Assembly: GCA_035706345.1 (NCBI GenBank)
Contig: DASSVE010000083.1
Span: forward strand, 1-63,396
Direction of reading: 5' to 3'
Length of the DNA stretch: 63,396 nucleotides
From: Acidimicrobiia bacterium
GTDB taxonomy: Bacteria > Actinomycetota > Acidimicrobiia > Spongiisociales > ZC4RG35
Below the pieces are notes generated by a model that worked only from the letters and a program-made list of their open reading frames with translations, was not told the origin of the DNA and made no database searches. Positions 18,179 through 27,394 of this stretch are shown here, in pieces; within the stretch, counting starts at the first letter, position 1, and every line of letters starts with the position of its first letter. Both the position numbers and the translations under genes were made by a program.

Positions 18179-19501
18179 ATGCTCCGTCGTCTCCCCGTTC
18201 TCCTGCTCTGCCTGCTCGTCTTGGCTGCGTGCAGCGACGACACCTCGTCTTCCACGACCGCGGGGAACGGGGCCACCACGACCACGGTCCCCGAGGATGT
18301 CGCCACGACGCCCGGGGACACTACGACCACCTCCGCCGCTGTGACCACGACCGCCCCCGACCTCTCCGGTGTGCAGGGGATCTCTGACGAAGTGCGCGGG
18401 CAACTCGAAGAGCTGATCCGGGTCGCCCAGGAGATCCGTGGTCTCCCGTTCCTGAGCCCACCGACGATCACGGTGGTCAGCGCCGAGGAGCTGGAGGCGA
18501 GGGTCCGCGAGGACATCACGGAAGAGGCCGAGGACTTCCCCGCCGATGAGGCCCTCTACCAGATGCTGGGGCTGCTCAACGACAACGCCAATCTGGAGCA
18601 GATCCTGCTCGATTTGTACGGCGAACAGGTGGCGGGCTTCTACGACGGCGACACCGGGGAGATCGTCGTTCCCGCCCGGGAGGACGGCTTCTCGGTCTTG
18701 CAGCGCGGGACCTTGGTCCACGAGCTGGTCCATGCCCTCACCGATCAGCATTTCGGCTTCAACGACCAGTTCCAGACGATGATCGACGAGGAGCGTCTCG
18801 ACGAGGCCTCGGCCTACCAGGCACTGATCGAGGGCGACGCGACGCTGGCGGAGGTGCTCTGGGTCCAGACCCTGACCCAGGGCGAGATCGGCGAGTTCCT
18901 CGCCGAGGGCATGAACGTCGATACAGATGCCCTGAACTCAGCTCCCCGGTTCCTGCGCGAGTCGCTCACCTTCCCCTACGACTCCGGTCTCGCTTTCGCC
19001 CAGGACCTGTATCTCGACAACGGGGACTGGACCGAGGTGAACGGTGCCTATGACACGTTCCCCGGCCTGCCGGCCTCCACCGAGCAGGTGATCACGCCGG
19101 ACGACTACCGCCGCGATCTGCCGATCCCGGTCGAGATCCCCGACCTCACCGTTGCCGGTTACGAGCTGGAGCGGACCTCGGTTTGGGGCGAGCAGGGTTT
19201 CCGGCTTCTCCTCAATCAGGGTGAGGGTCAGAGCACCATGCCCCGAGCTGCCGATGGCTGGGGTGGGGATTCATATCACCAGTGGTTCGACGGCGAGAAC
19301 GCCGCATTGCTCATCGTCTATCGAGGTGACACCCCGACCGACGTCGAGGAGTTGGAGCAGGCGCTGCTCACCTTCTCCACCGAGTCTTTCCCCGTGGATC
19401 ACTTTGCCTGGGTCGACCAGCTCGACGGTGACCTCTACTTCATCGCCGCCGACGATCCTGCTGTCGGCGAGCAGATCCGGGCCACCGTCGGACTCGGCTG
19501 A
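18179..19501 (+). CDS. Secreted lipoprotein with HExxH zinc-metalloprotease motif
   Basis: 440 aa. It has a lipobox signal (LLCLLVLAAC|S) and a Thr/Pro-rich linker. The motif TLVHELVHALTDQH is followed by EGDATLAE, a possible third ligand. Confidence 0.6.
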   Translation: MLRRLPVLLLCLLVLAACSDDTSSSTTAGNGATTTTVPEDVATTPGDTTTTSAAVTTTAPDLSGVQGISDEVRGQLEELIRVAQEIRGLPFLSPPTITVVSAEELEARVREDITEEAEDFPADEALYQMLGLLNDNANLEQILLDLYGEQVAGFYDGDTGEIVVPAREDGFSVLQRGTLVHELVHALTDQHFGFNDQFQTMIDEERLDEASAYQALIEGDATLAEVLWVQTLTQGEIGEFLAEGMNVDTDALNSAPRFLRESLTFPYDSGLAFAQDLYLDNGDWTEVNGAYDTFPGLPASTEQVITPDDYRRDLPIPVEIPDLTVAGYELERTSVWGEQGFRLLLNQGEGQSTMPRAADGWGGDSYHQWFDGENAALLIVYRGDTPTDVEELEQALLTFSTESFPVDHFAWVDQLDGDLYFIAADDPAVGEQIRATVGLG

Positions 19502-19519
19502 CGGCGCTACCGTCTTCCG

Positions 19520-20353
19520 GTGAGCGCCGGCCGTCTGCTCATCTGCGCTACCCCGATCGGAAATCTCGGGGACGTCTCCCAGCGTTTGCGTGACGCCCTG
19601 GCCACCGCCGACGTGGTCTTTGCCGAAGACACTCGTCGCACCGCCAAGCTGTTGAGCCATCTCGGGATCCGGGTCGAGCTGGTGTCCCTGTTCGTGGGCA
19701 ACGAACAGAGCCGGACCAGCCGGCTGCTCGAGGAAGTGGAGTCAGGCAAGACCGTCGTCCTGGTTTCCGACGCGGGGACTCCAACCGTGTCCGACCCCGG
19801 CGCTGCGGCGGTGCGGGCGGTGCGCCAGGCCGGCCACGAGGTGACCGTCATCCCGGGGCCTTCGGCAGTCACCACAGCCTTGGTCCTGTCCGGGTTCGGG
19901 GCCGACCGTTTCGTCTTCGAAGGATTCCTTCCCCGCAAGGGAGCCGAGCGGAAGGGGCGTCTCGCCTCGATCGCCAGGGAGACCCGCGCCGTGGTGCTGT
20001 TCGCCAGCCCGAACCGTCTCGGGCGCGACCTGGCCGACCTCGCCGCAGTATCCGGTGGCGACCGTCAGGTGGCCATCGCCCGCGAGATGACCAAGCTCCA
20101 CGAGGAGACATGGGTGGGGCCTCTGAGCGAGGCCGCGGCGACATGGGCTGAGCCCGTCAAGGGAGAGGTGACGCTGGTGCTGGCACCGATCGAGTCCTCA
20201 CCGCCCGGGCCGGCCGACGCCATCGAGATGGCCCGTGACCTGGTGGCCGGGGGTATGACGGTGAGCGAGGCGGCACGACGCGCCGCTGAGCTGACCGGGG
20301 TACCCCGGCGGACCGTGTACGAGACGTTGCTGTCGGATCAGGAGTCGAGCTGA
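19520..20353 (+). CDS. rsmI: 16S rRNA (cytidine1402-2'-O)-methyltransferase
   Basis: 277 aa. The segments LLICATPIGNLGDVSQR...AEDTRRT...VSDAGTPTVSDPG are typical of RsmI tetrapyrrole-methylase-fold enzymes. Confidence 0.9.
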   Translation: MSAGRLLICATPIGNLGDVSQRLRDALATADVVFAEDTRRTAKLLSHLGIRVELVSLFVGNEQSRTSRLLEEVESGKTVVLVSDAGTPTVSDPGAAAVRAVRQAGHEVTVIPGPSAVTTALVLSGFGADRFVFEGFLPRKGAERKGRLASIARETRAVVLFASPNRLGRDLADLAAVSGGDRQVAIAREMTKLHEETWVGPLSEAAATWAEPVKGEVTLVLAPIESSPPGPADAIEMARDLVAGGMTVSEAARRAAELTGVPRRTVYETLLSDQESS

Positions 20354-20574
20354 GCGCGACAGCCTGCGCAGATTCCCTTGCCCTTGAACTGTGTCACCTG
20401 GTCATCGCTCCCGCAGAACGTGCAGGAGTCGGTCATCTTGCGGAGGACGATGTTGCCTCCCTCTACTGCGATGAAGAGATGATCGCCTTCCCGGATGTTG
20501 AACATGCGTCTCGTCTCGGCGGGAATCACGATCCGTCCCAGGTCGTCGATCTTGCGCGCGATGCCGGAGTCCAC
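20338..20574 (-). CDS. AbrB/MazE/SpoVT-fold DNA-binding protein with C-terminal CxxC...CxxC ribbon
   Basis: The ORF is trimmed to the GTG at 20574 (78 aa). GIARKIDDLGRIVIPAETRRMFNIREGDHLFI is the AbrB swapped-hairpin motif. The C-terminus reads CTFCGSDDQVTQFKGKGICAGC. Confidence 0.7.
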   Translation of the reverse strand: MDSGIARKIDDLGRIVIPAETRRMFNIREGDHLFIAVEGGNIVLRKMTDSCTFCGSDDQVTQFKGKGICAGCRAQLDS

Positions 20575-20627
20575 GTTTCCGAGACTACCGATTGCCGCGA
20601 GGACTGCGACGGGTACCGTCAACCAGG

Positions 20628-21374
20628 ATGACCTGGGTCGACACCCACTGCCATCTCCAGCTCGACGGACGCCCCCCAGAAGAGCTCCTCGACCGCGCCA
20701 CCGAGGTGGCGTGGGTGGTCGTGCCAGGGGTCGGCGCCGACAGCTCGAAAGCTTCTCTGCGTCTGGCCGAGCAGCACCCGGGAAGGGTCCTGGCAACCTC
20801 GGGGCTGCATCCTCATGATGCCGACGCCTGGGCGGAGCAGGGCGGGATCATCGAAGAGCTGGCGTCGTCGGTGGCGGCCATCGGCGAGACCGGGCTCGAC
20901 TTCTATCGCAACCTGTCGTCCCGGGAGGATCAGATCCGAGCCTTCCGGGCCCAGATCGAGCTGGCCCTGTCGTTGGGGAAGCCGTTGATCGTGCATTGCC
21001 GGGACGCCTTCGCCGAGGTCCACGACATCCTGGAGGAGACCGGGGTGGCCCCGCTCTCGATACTCCACTGTTGGACGGGTGGCACCCGGTGGACCAAGCG
21101 TTTCCTCGACCTCGGTGTGACCTTCTCCTATGCCGGACCGGTTGCGTTCGAGACCGGGGACACCGTCAGGCTTGGGGCCGAGTTGGTCCCGCCCGGACGG
21201 GCCCTGGTTGAGACCGACACACCCTATCTGGCGCCTCCGCCGCACCGGGGTGAGCGAAACGAGCCGGCTTGGGTTGCCCTGGTGGGCAAGGCTCTGGCGG
21301 ATGTGTGGGGCCTGGCGGTGGAGGACGTGGCCGAGATCACGACTGCCAACGCCACGCGGGTGTTCGGGAAATGA
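20628..21374 (+). CDS. tatD: TatD family metal-dependent hydrolase/DNase
   Basis: The ATG is at 20628 (MTWVDTHCHL...). HxH, ETGLDFY and VHCRDA motifs are present. Confidence 0.9.
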   Translation: MTWVDTHCHLQLDGRPPEELLDRATEVAWVVVPGVGADSSKASLRLAEQHPGRVLATSGLHPHDADAWAEQGGIIEELASSVAAIGETGLDFYRNLSSREDQIRAFRAQIELALSLGKPLIVHCRDAFAEVHDILEETGVAPLSILHCWTGGTRWTKRFLDLGVTFSYAGPVAFETGDTVRLGAELVPPGRALVETDTPYLAPPPHRGERNEPAWVALVGKALADVWGLAVEDVAEITTANATRVFGK

Positions 21375-22177
21375 CCGCACAGAGTCGGTCCGAGATCGTC
21401 GGGCTTCTGGAGCGCCACGGTCTGGCACCGCTGCACCGCCTGGGCCAGCACTTCCTCGCCGACGCCAACATCACCCGAAAGATCGTCGACCTCGCCGAGG
21501 TCGGCCCCGGCTCCCGCGTCGTCGAGGTCGGCGCCGGCACCGGCACCCTGACCCGGGCACTGGCCGCAGCCGGCGCTCATGTGGTGGCCTACGAGGTGGA
21601 CCGCGGGCTGCGGCCGGTCCTCGAGGAGGTGACTCAGGGCCTCGATGTCGAGCTCCGGTTCGTCGATGTGACAGATGTCGACTTCAGCTCGGCCTTGGAG
21701 GGCTCCGGGTGGTCGATGGTGGCCAACCTCCCCTACAACGTGGGGACCCCGGTGCTCCTGGAGGCGATCCGGGGGGCAATGAACATCGATCCCTTCGTGG
21801 TCATGGTGCAGAAGGAGGTGGCATTGCGCTTCGCAGCCGCGCCGGGGAGTGAGGACTACGGCGTGCCTTCCGTCGTGACCCGTCTCTACACCGAGGTGGC
21901 GGTCGAGTTCACGGTCCCGCCCCAGGTGTTCTACCCGCCGCCACGGGTGGAGTCCGCGGTGGTGAGGATGAGAAGACGCCCGGCCCCACCCGAAGCCGAA
22001 CGCGCCGTCGAGCTGGCCCGGGCGGGATTCGGGCAGCGTCGCAAGATGCTGCGCAGGTCACTGGCTTCGATCCTCGACAAACCGACCGAGACGTTGGAGG
22101 CGGCAGGTCTCGATCCCAGGCTGAGAGCCGAAGATCTGACCCCGGCGGACTATCTGAGATTGGCCGAAGTGTCATGA
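21371..22177 (+). CDS. rsmA: 16S rRNA (adenine1518/1519-N6)-dimethyltransferase
   Basis: The ATG at 21371 overlaps the tatD stop (ATGA). The motifs LGQHFL, the SAM motif VVEVGAGTGTLT and NLPYNV are present. Confidence 0.9.
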   Translation: MTAQSRSEIVGLLERHGLAPLHRLGQHFLADANITRKIVDLAEVGPGSRVVEVGAGTGTLTRALAAAGAHVVAYEVDRGLRPVLEEVTQGLDVELRFVDVTDVDFSSALEGSGWSMVANLPYNVGTPVLLEAIRGAMNIDPFVVMVQKEVALRFAAAPGSEDYGVPSVVTRLYTEVAVEFTVPPQVFYPPPRVESAVVRMRRRPAPPEAERAVELARAGFGQRRKMLRRSLASILDKPTETLEAAGLDPRLRAEDLTPADYLRLAEVS

Positions 22178-23025
22178 CCACCTACGAGGCGCCCGCCAAG
22201 CTGAACCTGTCCCTGTTGGTCTTTCCTCCACGTCCCGACGGATACCACCCTCTCGAGTCGTTGGTGCAGACAGTGGAGTGGTGCGACCTCCTCCATGTCG
22301 ACCGGGGTCAACACGGCAGCGACACTCTCCAGTCCGACATCGAGGACAACCTGGTGGAGAGGGCCCTGCGCGAGCTGCGCAAGGTGGTAGCCGTGCCCCC
22401 GCTCGATCTGGTGCTGGAGAAGGACATCCCGGTTGCGGCCGGTCTCGGTGGGGGCAGTTCAGACGCCGCCGCTGCGCTCCTGGCAGGTGCGGATGCAGCC
22501 GGGTTCCCTCAGAGCGAGCTCTCCGAGGTGGCGCTCATAGTGGGGGCGGATGTGCCGCTGTTTCTCACCGGTGGATCGCTGCTGATGCGAGGTGTCGGCG
22601 ACGAGATCGAACCGGTGACGCCGTTGCACGACTTCGCCTGTGCCGTGGTGGTGCCCGAGTTCGGTCTGGACACCAAGGAGGTGTACCGGCGCTGGGATGA
22701 GCTGGAAGGTCCCCAAGGTAACGAGGTGCCGGATCGGCATCTTCCACCACCCCTCCGTGGCTGGATGCCGATGCGCAACGACCTGCTCCCGGCAGCGCTC
22801 GACCTCGAGCCACGTCTCGGTGACTTCATGGCCGACCTGGCGGCAGTGTGGGGTGTTCCGGTCTCGCTGACCGGCTCGGGCACGGCGTGTTTCAGCTATC
22901 ACGCCACCCTCGACGAGGCCACGGACGCGGTGGCCGCGGTGAGTCATCTGATCGACCGGGGTCGGGGCGTGGCGTTGCGTGACCACGGGGTAGAGGCGCG
23001 TCCCGAAGAAGAGGAAGCCGTCTGA
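22174..23025 (+). CDS. ispE: 4-diphosphocytidyl-2-C-methyl-D-erythritol kinase
   Basis: 283 aa. The motifs APAKLNL and KDIPVAAGLGGGSSDAAA are GHMP kinase motifs. The start overlaps the rsmA stop (ATGA). Confidence 0.9.
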   Translation: MTTYEAPAKLNLSLLVFPPRPDGYHPLESLVQTVEWCDLLHVDRGQHGSDTLQSDIEDNLVERALRELRKVVAVPPLDLVLEKDIPVAAGLGGGSSDAAAALLAGADAAGFPQSELSEVALIVGADVPLFLTGGSLLMRGVGDEIEPVTPLHDFACAVVVPEFGLDTKEVYRRWDELEGPQGNEVPDRHLPPPLRGWMPMRNDLLPAALDLEPRLGDFMADLAAVWGVPVSLTGSGTACFSYHATLDEATDAVAAVSHLIDRGRGVALRDHGVEARPEEEEAV

Positions 23026-23073
23026 GTGGGTTCAGACTTCTCACCCCCGGTGACCTGTACAGGGACCGCTGAT

Positions 23074-23128
23074 TGGTAACACGGTGGTCGTTGCGGTCCT
23101 GTTGTTGCGAGGTCAGGTCTGGTCCACC
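23074..23128 (+). pseudogene. Degenerate tRNA-Gln-like remnant (tandem partial duplicate)
   Basis: The sequence tggtaacacggtggtcgttgcggtcctgttgttgcgaggtcaggtctggtccacc aligns with the D-loop-to-3'-end of the intact tRNA-Gln 100 nt downstream. The match is roughly three quarters identical by eye. The anticodon and T stems no longer pair. Confidence 0.45.
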
Positions 23129-23159
23129 GGTAACCTGTAGAGACCCTTGACCCCAGATT

Positions 23160-23231
23160 TGGGGGGTGGTGTAACTGGTAACACGGCAGGTTTTGGTCCT
23201 GTTGTTGCGGGTTCGAGTCCTGCCCCCCCAG
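23160..23231 (+). tRNA. tRNA-Gln (anticodon UUG)
   Basis: I folded the cloverleaf by hand. The acceptor is TGGGGGG/CCCCCCA, the D stem GTGT/ACAC, and the anticodon stem GCAGG/CCTGT with loop TTTTGGT. The T arm is GCGGG-TTCGAGT-CCTGC. CCA is not encoded. Confidence 0.9.
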
Positions 23232-23255
23232 CGCTGACACACAGGAAGGCACTGC

Positions 23256-24644
23256 TTGCCCATACATGTGATCATCCTCGCCGCCGGTGAGGGGAAGCGG
23301 ATGAAGTCAGGCCTTCCCAAGGTGGCGCACACCGCCGCCGGGCGTGCGCTGGTGTCCCACGTGATCGAGACCGCGCAATCCCTCGATCCTGCCTCCATCA
23401 CCGTCGTGGTCGGTCATGGGGTCGACCAGGTGCGCACCCTGCTCCCCGAGGACGTCAGCGACGTCCTCCAGGCCGAGCAACTGGGCACCGGACATGCCAC
23501 ACAGATCGGGCTCGATCACCTCGGCGCCGTCGACCACGACGACATCGTCCTCATCCTCTACGGGGACACGCCTCTGGTCACCACCGGTCTGCTCGGCGAG
23601 TTGACCGCCCTCGCCCCCGGCGAGACGGCCCGTCTGGTCTCCTCCAGACCTGTTGACCCCACCGGGTACGGTCGGGTGATCCGGGACGAGGCCGGGAACG
23701 TCGCCGCGATAGTCGAGCACCGCGATTGCACGCCCGAGCAGCTCCTGATCGAGGAGACCAACGCAGGCATCTACGCGGTCAGGGCGGGGGCTCTGGTCGA
23801 GTCCCTGAAGGCGGTCACCAACGAGAACGCTCAAGGCGAGTACTACCTGACCGATGTGGTCGGCATCCTGGTGGCTCAAGGTGACAAACTGACCGCTGTC
23901 GAGGCTTCGCCTCAGGAGGTGATGGGAATCAACTCGCACGACCAACTCGCCGAGGCGCGCAGGGAACTGCATCGCCGCATCAACCAGCGTCTCATGGAAT
24001 CGGGTGTGATGATCTTCGACCCGGAACGGACCTACATCGACGAGACGGTCACCGTTGCGCCGGGTGCGCAGATCTATCCAGGGACCCACCTGGAAGGGAC
24101 CACGGTGATCGGCGAAGGGTCGCGGGTCGGGCCGGACGTGTTTGCCGTCGACGCCCAGATCGGGAGTGAATGCACGGTCTGGTACGCCGTCGTCCGGGGA
24201 GCCGTGATCGGAGACGGCTGCGAGGTGGGCCCCTATGCCTCGCTACGACCCGGGACCGTGCTGAAGGACGGGGCCAAGATCGGCACCTTCGTGGAGGCGA
24301 AGAACACCGTGATGGGGGAGGGGGCCAAGGCGAACCATCTCACCTACCTCGGGGACGCCAAGATCGGGGCCCGCACCAATATCGGAGCCGGCGTGGTCAC
24401 CGTGAACTACGACGGCGTCGAGAAGTCGACCACCGAGATCGGCGAGGACGCCTTCATCGGATCGGACACCATGCTGGTGGCGCCGGTGACCATCGGGGAC
24501 CGGGCCAGCACCGGCGCCGGATCGGTCATAACACGCGACGTGAGCGACGACGCGCTGGCCATCGAGAGATCTGACCAGCGGGAGATCCCCGGCTACTCTC
24601 AGCGCCGCGAGGCCCGCAAGGCCGCCAAGAAGGCAAAGGACTGA
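23256..24644 (+). CDS. glmU: Bifunctional UDP-N-acetylglucosamine diphosphorylase / glucosamine-1-phosphate N-acetyltransferase
   Basis: 462 aa with a TTG start. The motif LAAGEGKRMKS is followed by C-terminal hexapeptide repeats (left-handed beta-helix). Confidence 0.9.
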   Translation: MPIHVIILAAGEGKRMKSGLPKVAHTAAGRALVSHVIETAQSLDPASITVVVGHGVDQVRTLLPEDVSDVLQAEQLGTGHATQIGLDHLGAVDHDDIVLILYGDTPLVTTGLLGELTALAPGETARLVSSRPVDPTGYGRVIRDEAGNVAAIVEHRDCTPEQLLIEETNAGIYAVRAGALVESLKAVTNENAQGEYYLTDVVGILVAQGDKLTAVEASPQEVMGINSHDQLAEARRELHRRINQRLMESGVMIFDPERTYIDETVTVAPGAQIYPGTHLEGTTVIGEGSRVGPDVFAVDAQIGSECTVWYAVVRGAVIGDGCEVGPYASLRPGTVLKDGAKIGTFVEAKNTVMGEGAKANHLTYLGDAKIGARTNIGAGVVTVNYDGVEKSTTEIGEDAFIGSDTMLVAPVTIGDRASTGAGSVITRDVSDDALAIERSDQREIPGYSQRREARKAAKKAKD

Positions 24645-24645
24645 C

Positions 24646-25617
24646 GTGGACATCGTCTCCCGCAACCGGATGATGGTCTTCACCGGGGGCGCCAACGAAC
24701 CCCTGGCCGAGGAAGTGGCCGACGTCCTCGGTATCCAACTCGGCAAGCTGGAACGATCCACTTTCGCCAACGGCGAGATCTACGTCCGCCCCGTGGAGAG
24801 CGTCCGGGGCACCGACTGCTTCGTGATCCAGAGCCACTGCGCTCCGATCAACGACAACATCATGGAGCAGCTGATCACGATCGACGCCCTGCGTCGGGCG
24901 TCCGCCCGTCGCATCACCGCCGTGATCCCATTTCTCGGTTACTCGCGGCAAGACAAGAAGGTCATGCCCCGTGAGCCGATCACGGCCCGGCTCATGGCGG
25001 ACCTTTTCATGCAGGCTGGTGCCGATCGTCTGGTCTCCGTCGACCTGCACACAGGCCAGCTTCAGGGGTTCATCTCCAAGCCCTGGGACTCCCTGACCGC
25101 CCTCCCGATCATCACCGACTACCTCGCCGAGCGGATCGAGGGCAAGACCACGGTGCTGTCACCGGACGCGGGTGGTGTGAAGAGGGCCGAGAAGTACGCC
25201 CGTCATCTCGGTGGGTCGGTGGCATTCATCTACAAGCGCCGGGACCCGACGGAGCACAACGAGTCCGAGGCGCTGTCGATGGCAGGAAAGGTCACCGACC
25301 GTCACGTCGTCATCGTCGACGACATGATCGACACCGCCGGCACCGTGTGCAACGCCGCCGAGATGGTGCGGGAGTTCGGGGCCAAGAGCGTCCGCATCGC
25401 CGCCACCCACGGGATCTTCTCCGATCCTGCCCTGGACCGGATCAAGAACGCCTCGGTCGACGAAGTGATCGTGACCAACACCCTCCCGGTCAGCGACGAC
25501 GTGGCCTCGCTGGACAACGTGCAGGTGCTCTCGATTGCGCCCATCCTGGCGGAGACGATCCAGGCCATCTTCATGGAGTCCTCGGTCTCGGAGATCTTCC
25601 TGGGGGAGAACGTCTAG
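24646..25617 (+). CDS. prs: Ribose-phosphate diphosphokinase
   Basis: 323 aa. The PRPP-binding site is HVVIVDDMIDTAGT, and YSRQDKK is present. Confidence 0.9.
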   Translation: MDIVSRNRMMVFTGGANEPLAEEVADVLGIQLGKLERSTFANGEIYVRPVESVRGTDCFVIQSHCAPINDNIMEQLITIDALRRASARRITAVIPFLGYSRQDKKVMPREPITARLMADLFMQAGADRLVSVDLHTGQLQGFISKPWDSLTALPIITDYLAERIEGKTTVLSPDAGGVKRAEKYARHLGGSVAFIYKRRDPTEHNESEALSMAGKVTDRHVVIVDDMIDTAGTVCNAAEMVREFGAKSVRIAATHGIFSDPALDRIKNASVDEVIVTNTLPVSDDVASLDNVQVLSIAPILAETIQAIFMESSVSEIFLGENV

Positions 25618-25659
25618 GACTGCGGTTTCGGCCGGCCCGGTCATACAATCGCACACCCT

Positions 25660-27033
25660 GTGACCGCCCGACACCGCGAACCTGTCAGCCCCGCCCAGGC
25701 GCGTTACCGGACCCTCTTGATCGCCCTCCTGGTGTTCTTCCTGGTGGGGTTTCTCTTGCTGCGGGTGCTGGGATCCGGCGACGACGAGGGGCCGCCCGTC
25801 GGGGCCGGATCGACTGCCACCACCGTGGCCCCGGGAGGCACCGAAGGGGAGCCGGTCGGATCGACGGTCCCCGGTGAGACGGGGTCGAGCACCACCACCA
25901 CGACGCCACAGAGCAACCTCGGTGAGCTTCAGGGGGTGACTCTCGACGAGATCACCTCGGGTCTGTCGCAACCTTCCGCTCTGGCCGCTCCCGACGGCGA
26001 TCCTCGTCTCTTCGTCGCGGAGAGGATCGGGGTGATCCGCATCCTCGACGAGAGTCGAAGCCTGGTCGAGCCGGCCTTCCTCGATCTGACCAACGAGGTC
26101 CTGGCAGGTGGTATCGAACAGGGTCTGCTGGGCCTCGACTTCCATCCCGACTACGCCGAGAACGGGCGCTTCTTCGTCTACTACACCGACAAGGGTGGTC
26201 GACGCCAGTTGTCCGAGTTCACGGTCTCGGCGAGCGACCCGAATGTGGCCGACCCGGCGACCGAGAAGGTCATCTTCGAGTACGAGCAGCCGGAGAACTC
26301 CTCCGACATCCGTCACTACGCCGGCAATGTCGCCTTCGGGCCCGATGGCTATCTCTGGGTGTCGATGGGGGACGGCGCCGACAGCCGCGCCCAAGGTCAG
26401 GATCCGAACACCCCCTACGGGACGATCGTCCGCATCGACGTCGACAATGGCGACCCCTATGTGGTGCCACCGGACAACCCGTTCGTCGACGGCGGCGGGT
26501 TGGCGGACGTCTGGGCCTATGGCTTGCGCAACCCCTGGCGGTTCGCGATCGACCCCGTGGACGGTCTCATCTACATCGCCGATGTCGGCCACGCCGACAT
26601 GGAAGAGGTCAACGTGGTCCCGATCGCCGAGGGCGGGTACAACTTCGGTTGGTCCGACATGGAGGGGACACGGTGTTTCCATCTCGCCGACTGTGACCCC
26701 GCCGATTACACCTCCCCGGTCCTGACCTACCCCCACGCCGCACCCGAGGACGACCCGGAGGCGGTGGCGGGACTCTCCATCACCGGTGGATACGTGTACC
26801 GCGGCTCGGAGATCCCTGAGATCGCAGGCACCTACTTCTACTCCGACTGGGTCAGCCAGTGGATCAGGGGCTTCAAGTTCGTCAACGGGCAGGTCACCGA
26901 GGACCGCGACTGGACGGCCGATCTCGGGGGACCGGTGGGCTCGGTCACCAGTTTCGGTCTCGACGGCTTCGGCGAGTTGTACGTCACCACCTACGAAGGC
27001 GGCGTGTACCGCTTCACCGCCGTTCGGAGCTAG
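25660..27033 (+). CDS. PQQ-dependent sugar dehydrogenase (soluble glucose/sorbosone dehydrogenase family), membrane-anchored
   Basis: 457 aa with an N-terminal TM helix. The segments GLLGLDFHPDYAENGRFFVYYTD and WAYGLRNPWRF are typical of the beta-propeller SGDH family. Confidence 0.8.
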   Translation: MTARHREPVSPAQARYRTLLIALLVFFLVGFLLLRVLGSGDDEGPPVGAGSTATTVAPGGTEGEPVGSTVPGETGSSTTTTTPQSNLGELQGVTLDEITSGLSQPSALAAPDGDPRLFVAERIGVIRILDESRSLVEPAFLDLTNEVLAGGIEQGLLGLDFHPDYAENGRFFVYYTDKGGRRQLSEFTVSASDPNVADPATEKVIFEYEQPENSSDIRHYAGNVAFGPDGYLWVSMGDGADSRAQGQDPNTPYGTIVRIDVDNGDPYVVPPDNPFVDGGGLADVWAYGLRNPWRFAIDPVDGLIYIADVGHADMEEVNVVPIAEGGYNFGWSDMEGTRCFHLADCDPADYTSPVLTYPHAAPEDDPEAVAGLSITGGYVYRGSEIPEIAGTYFYSDWVSQWIRGFKFVNGQVTEDRDWTADLGGPVGSVTSFGLDGFGELYVTTYEGGVYRFTAVRS

Positions 27034-27340
27034 GCAGCTCGACCACCTCACCCGGATAGATGAGGTCAGGGTCTCCCGAGCGGAGATGTGGTGTGTTCAC
27101 CTCGATCACCTGTCGCCAGTACGGGGCGATGATCTCGTCTGGGGTGTCATCACCGAGATGATGAGCCGAGATTTTCCAGAGATGGTCCCCCTCGGTCACC
27201 ACGACGGTGCTGACAGTGGGAACCGGAGCCGGTTGCGACGTGCCGATGGGGAGACGGACGTCCTCCACAGGGGCTGCCCCGGCCACCCCCGTGGCCACCA
27301 TCAACACCACCAGCCCGACGATGCCGAGAATCCGGCTCAT
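27014..27340 (-). CDS. Small secreted LysM-domain protein
   Basis: The ORF is trimmed to the ATG at 27340 (108 aa). It has a signal peptide (MSRILGIVGLVVLMVATGVAGA). The C-terminus VVVTEGDHLWKISAHHLG...LIYPGEVVELP is LysM-like. Confidence 0.65.
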   Translation of the reverse strand: MSRILGIVGLVVLMVATGVAGAAPVEDVRLPIGTSQPAPVPTVSTVVVTEGDHLWKISAHHLGDDTPDEIIAPYWRQVIEVNTPHLRSGDPDLIYPGEVVELPSSERR

Positions 27341-27394
27341 GGCTCCGAACGTAGGTCGGCGTGGGGCTCGTTGGAAGAGGGTTACGATCGAGTC

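Noticed and set aside
25159-27051. 630-aa minus-strand ORF
   Set aside because: It is antisense to prs and the PQQ-dependent dehydrogenase, both of which have clear family motifs. The translated product is low-complexity (Gly/Arg/Val/Asp-rich) with no recognisable motif. It is a typical stop-codon-poor antisense frame of a high-GC genome.
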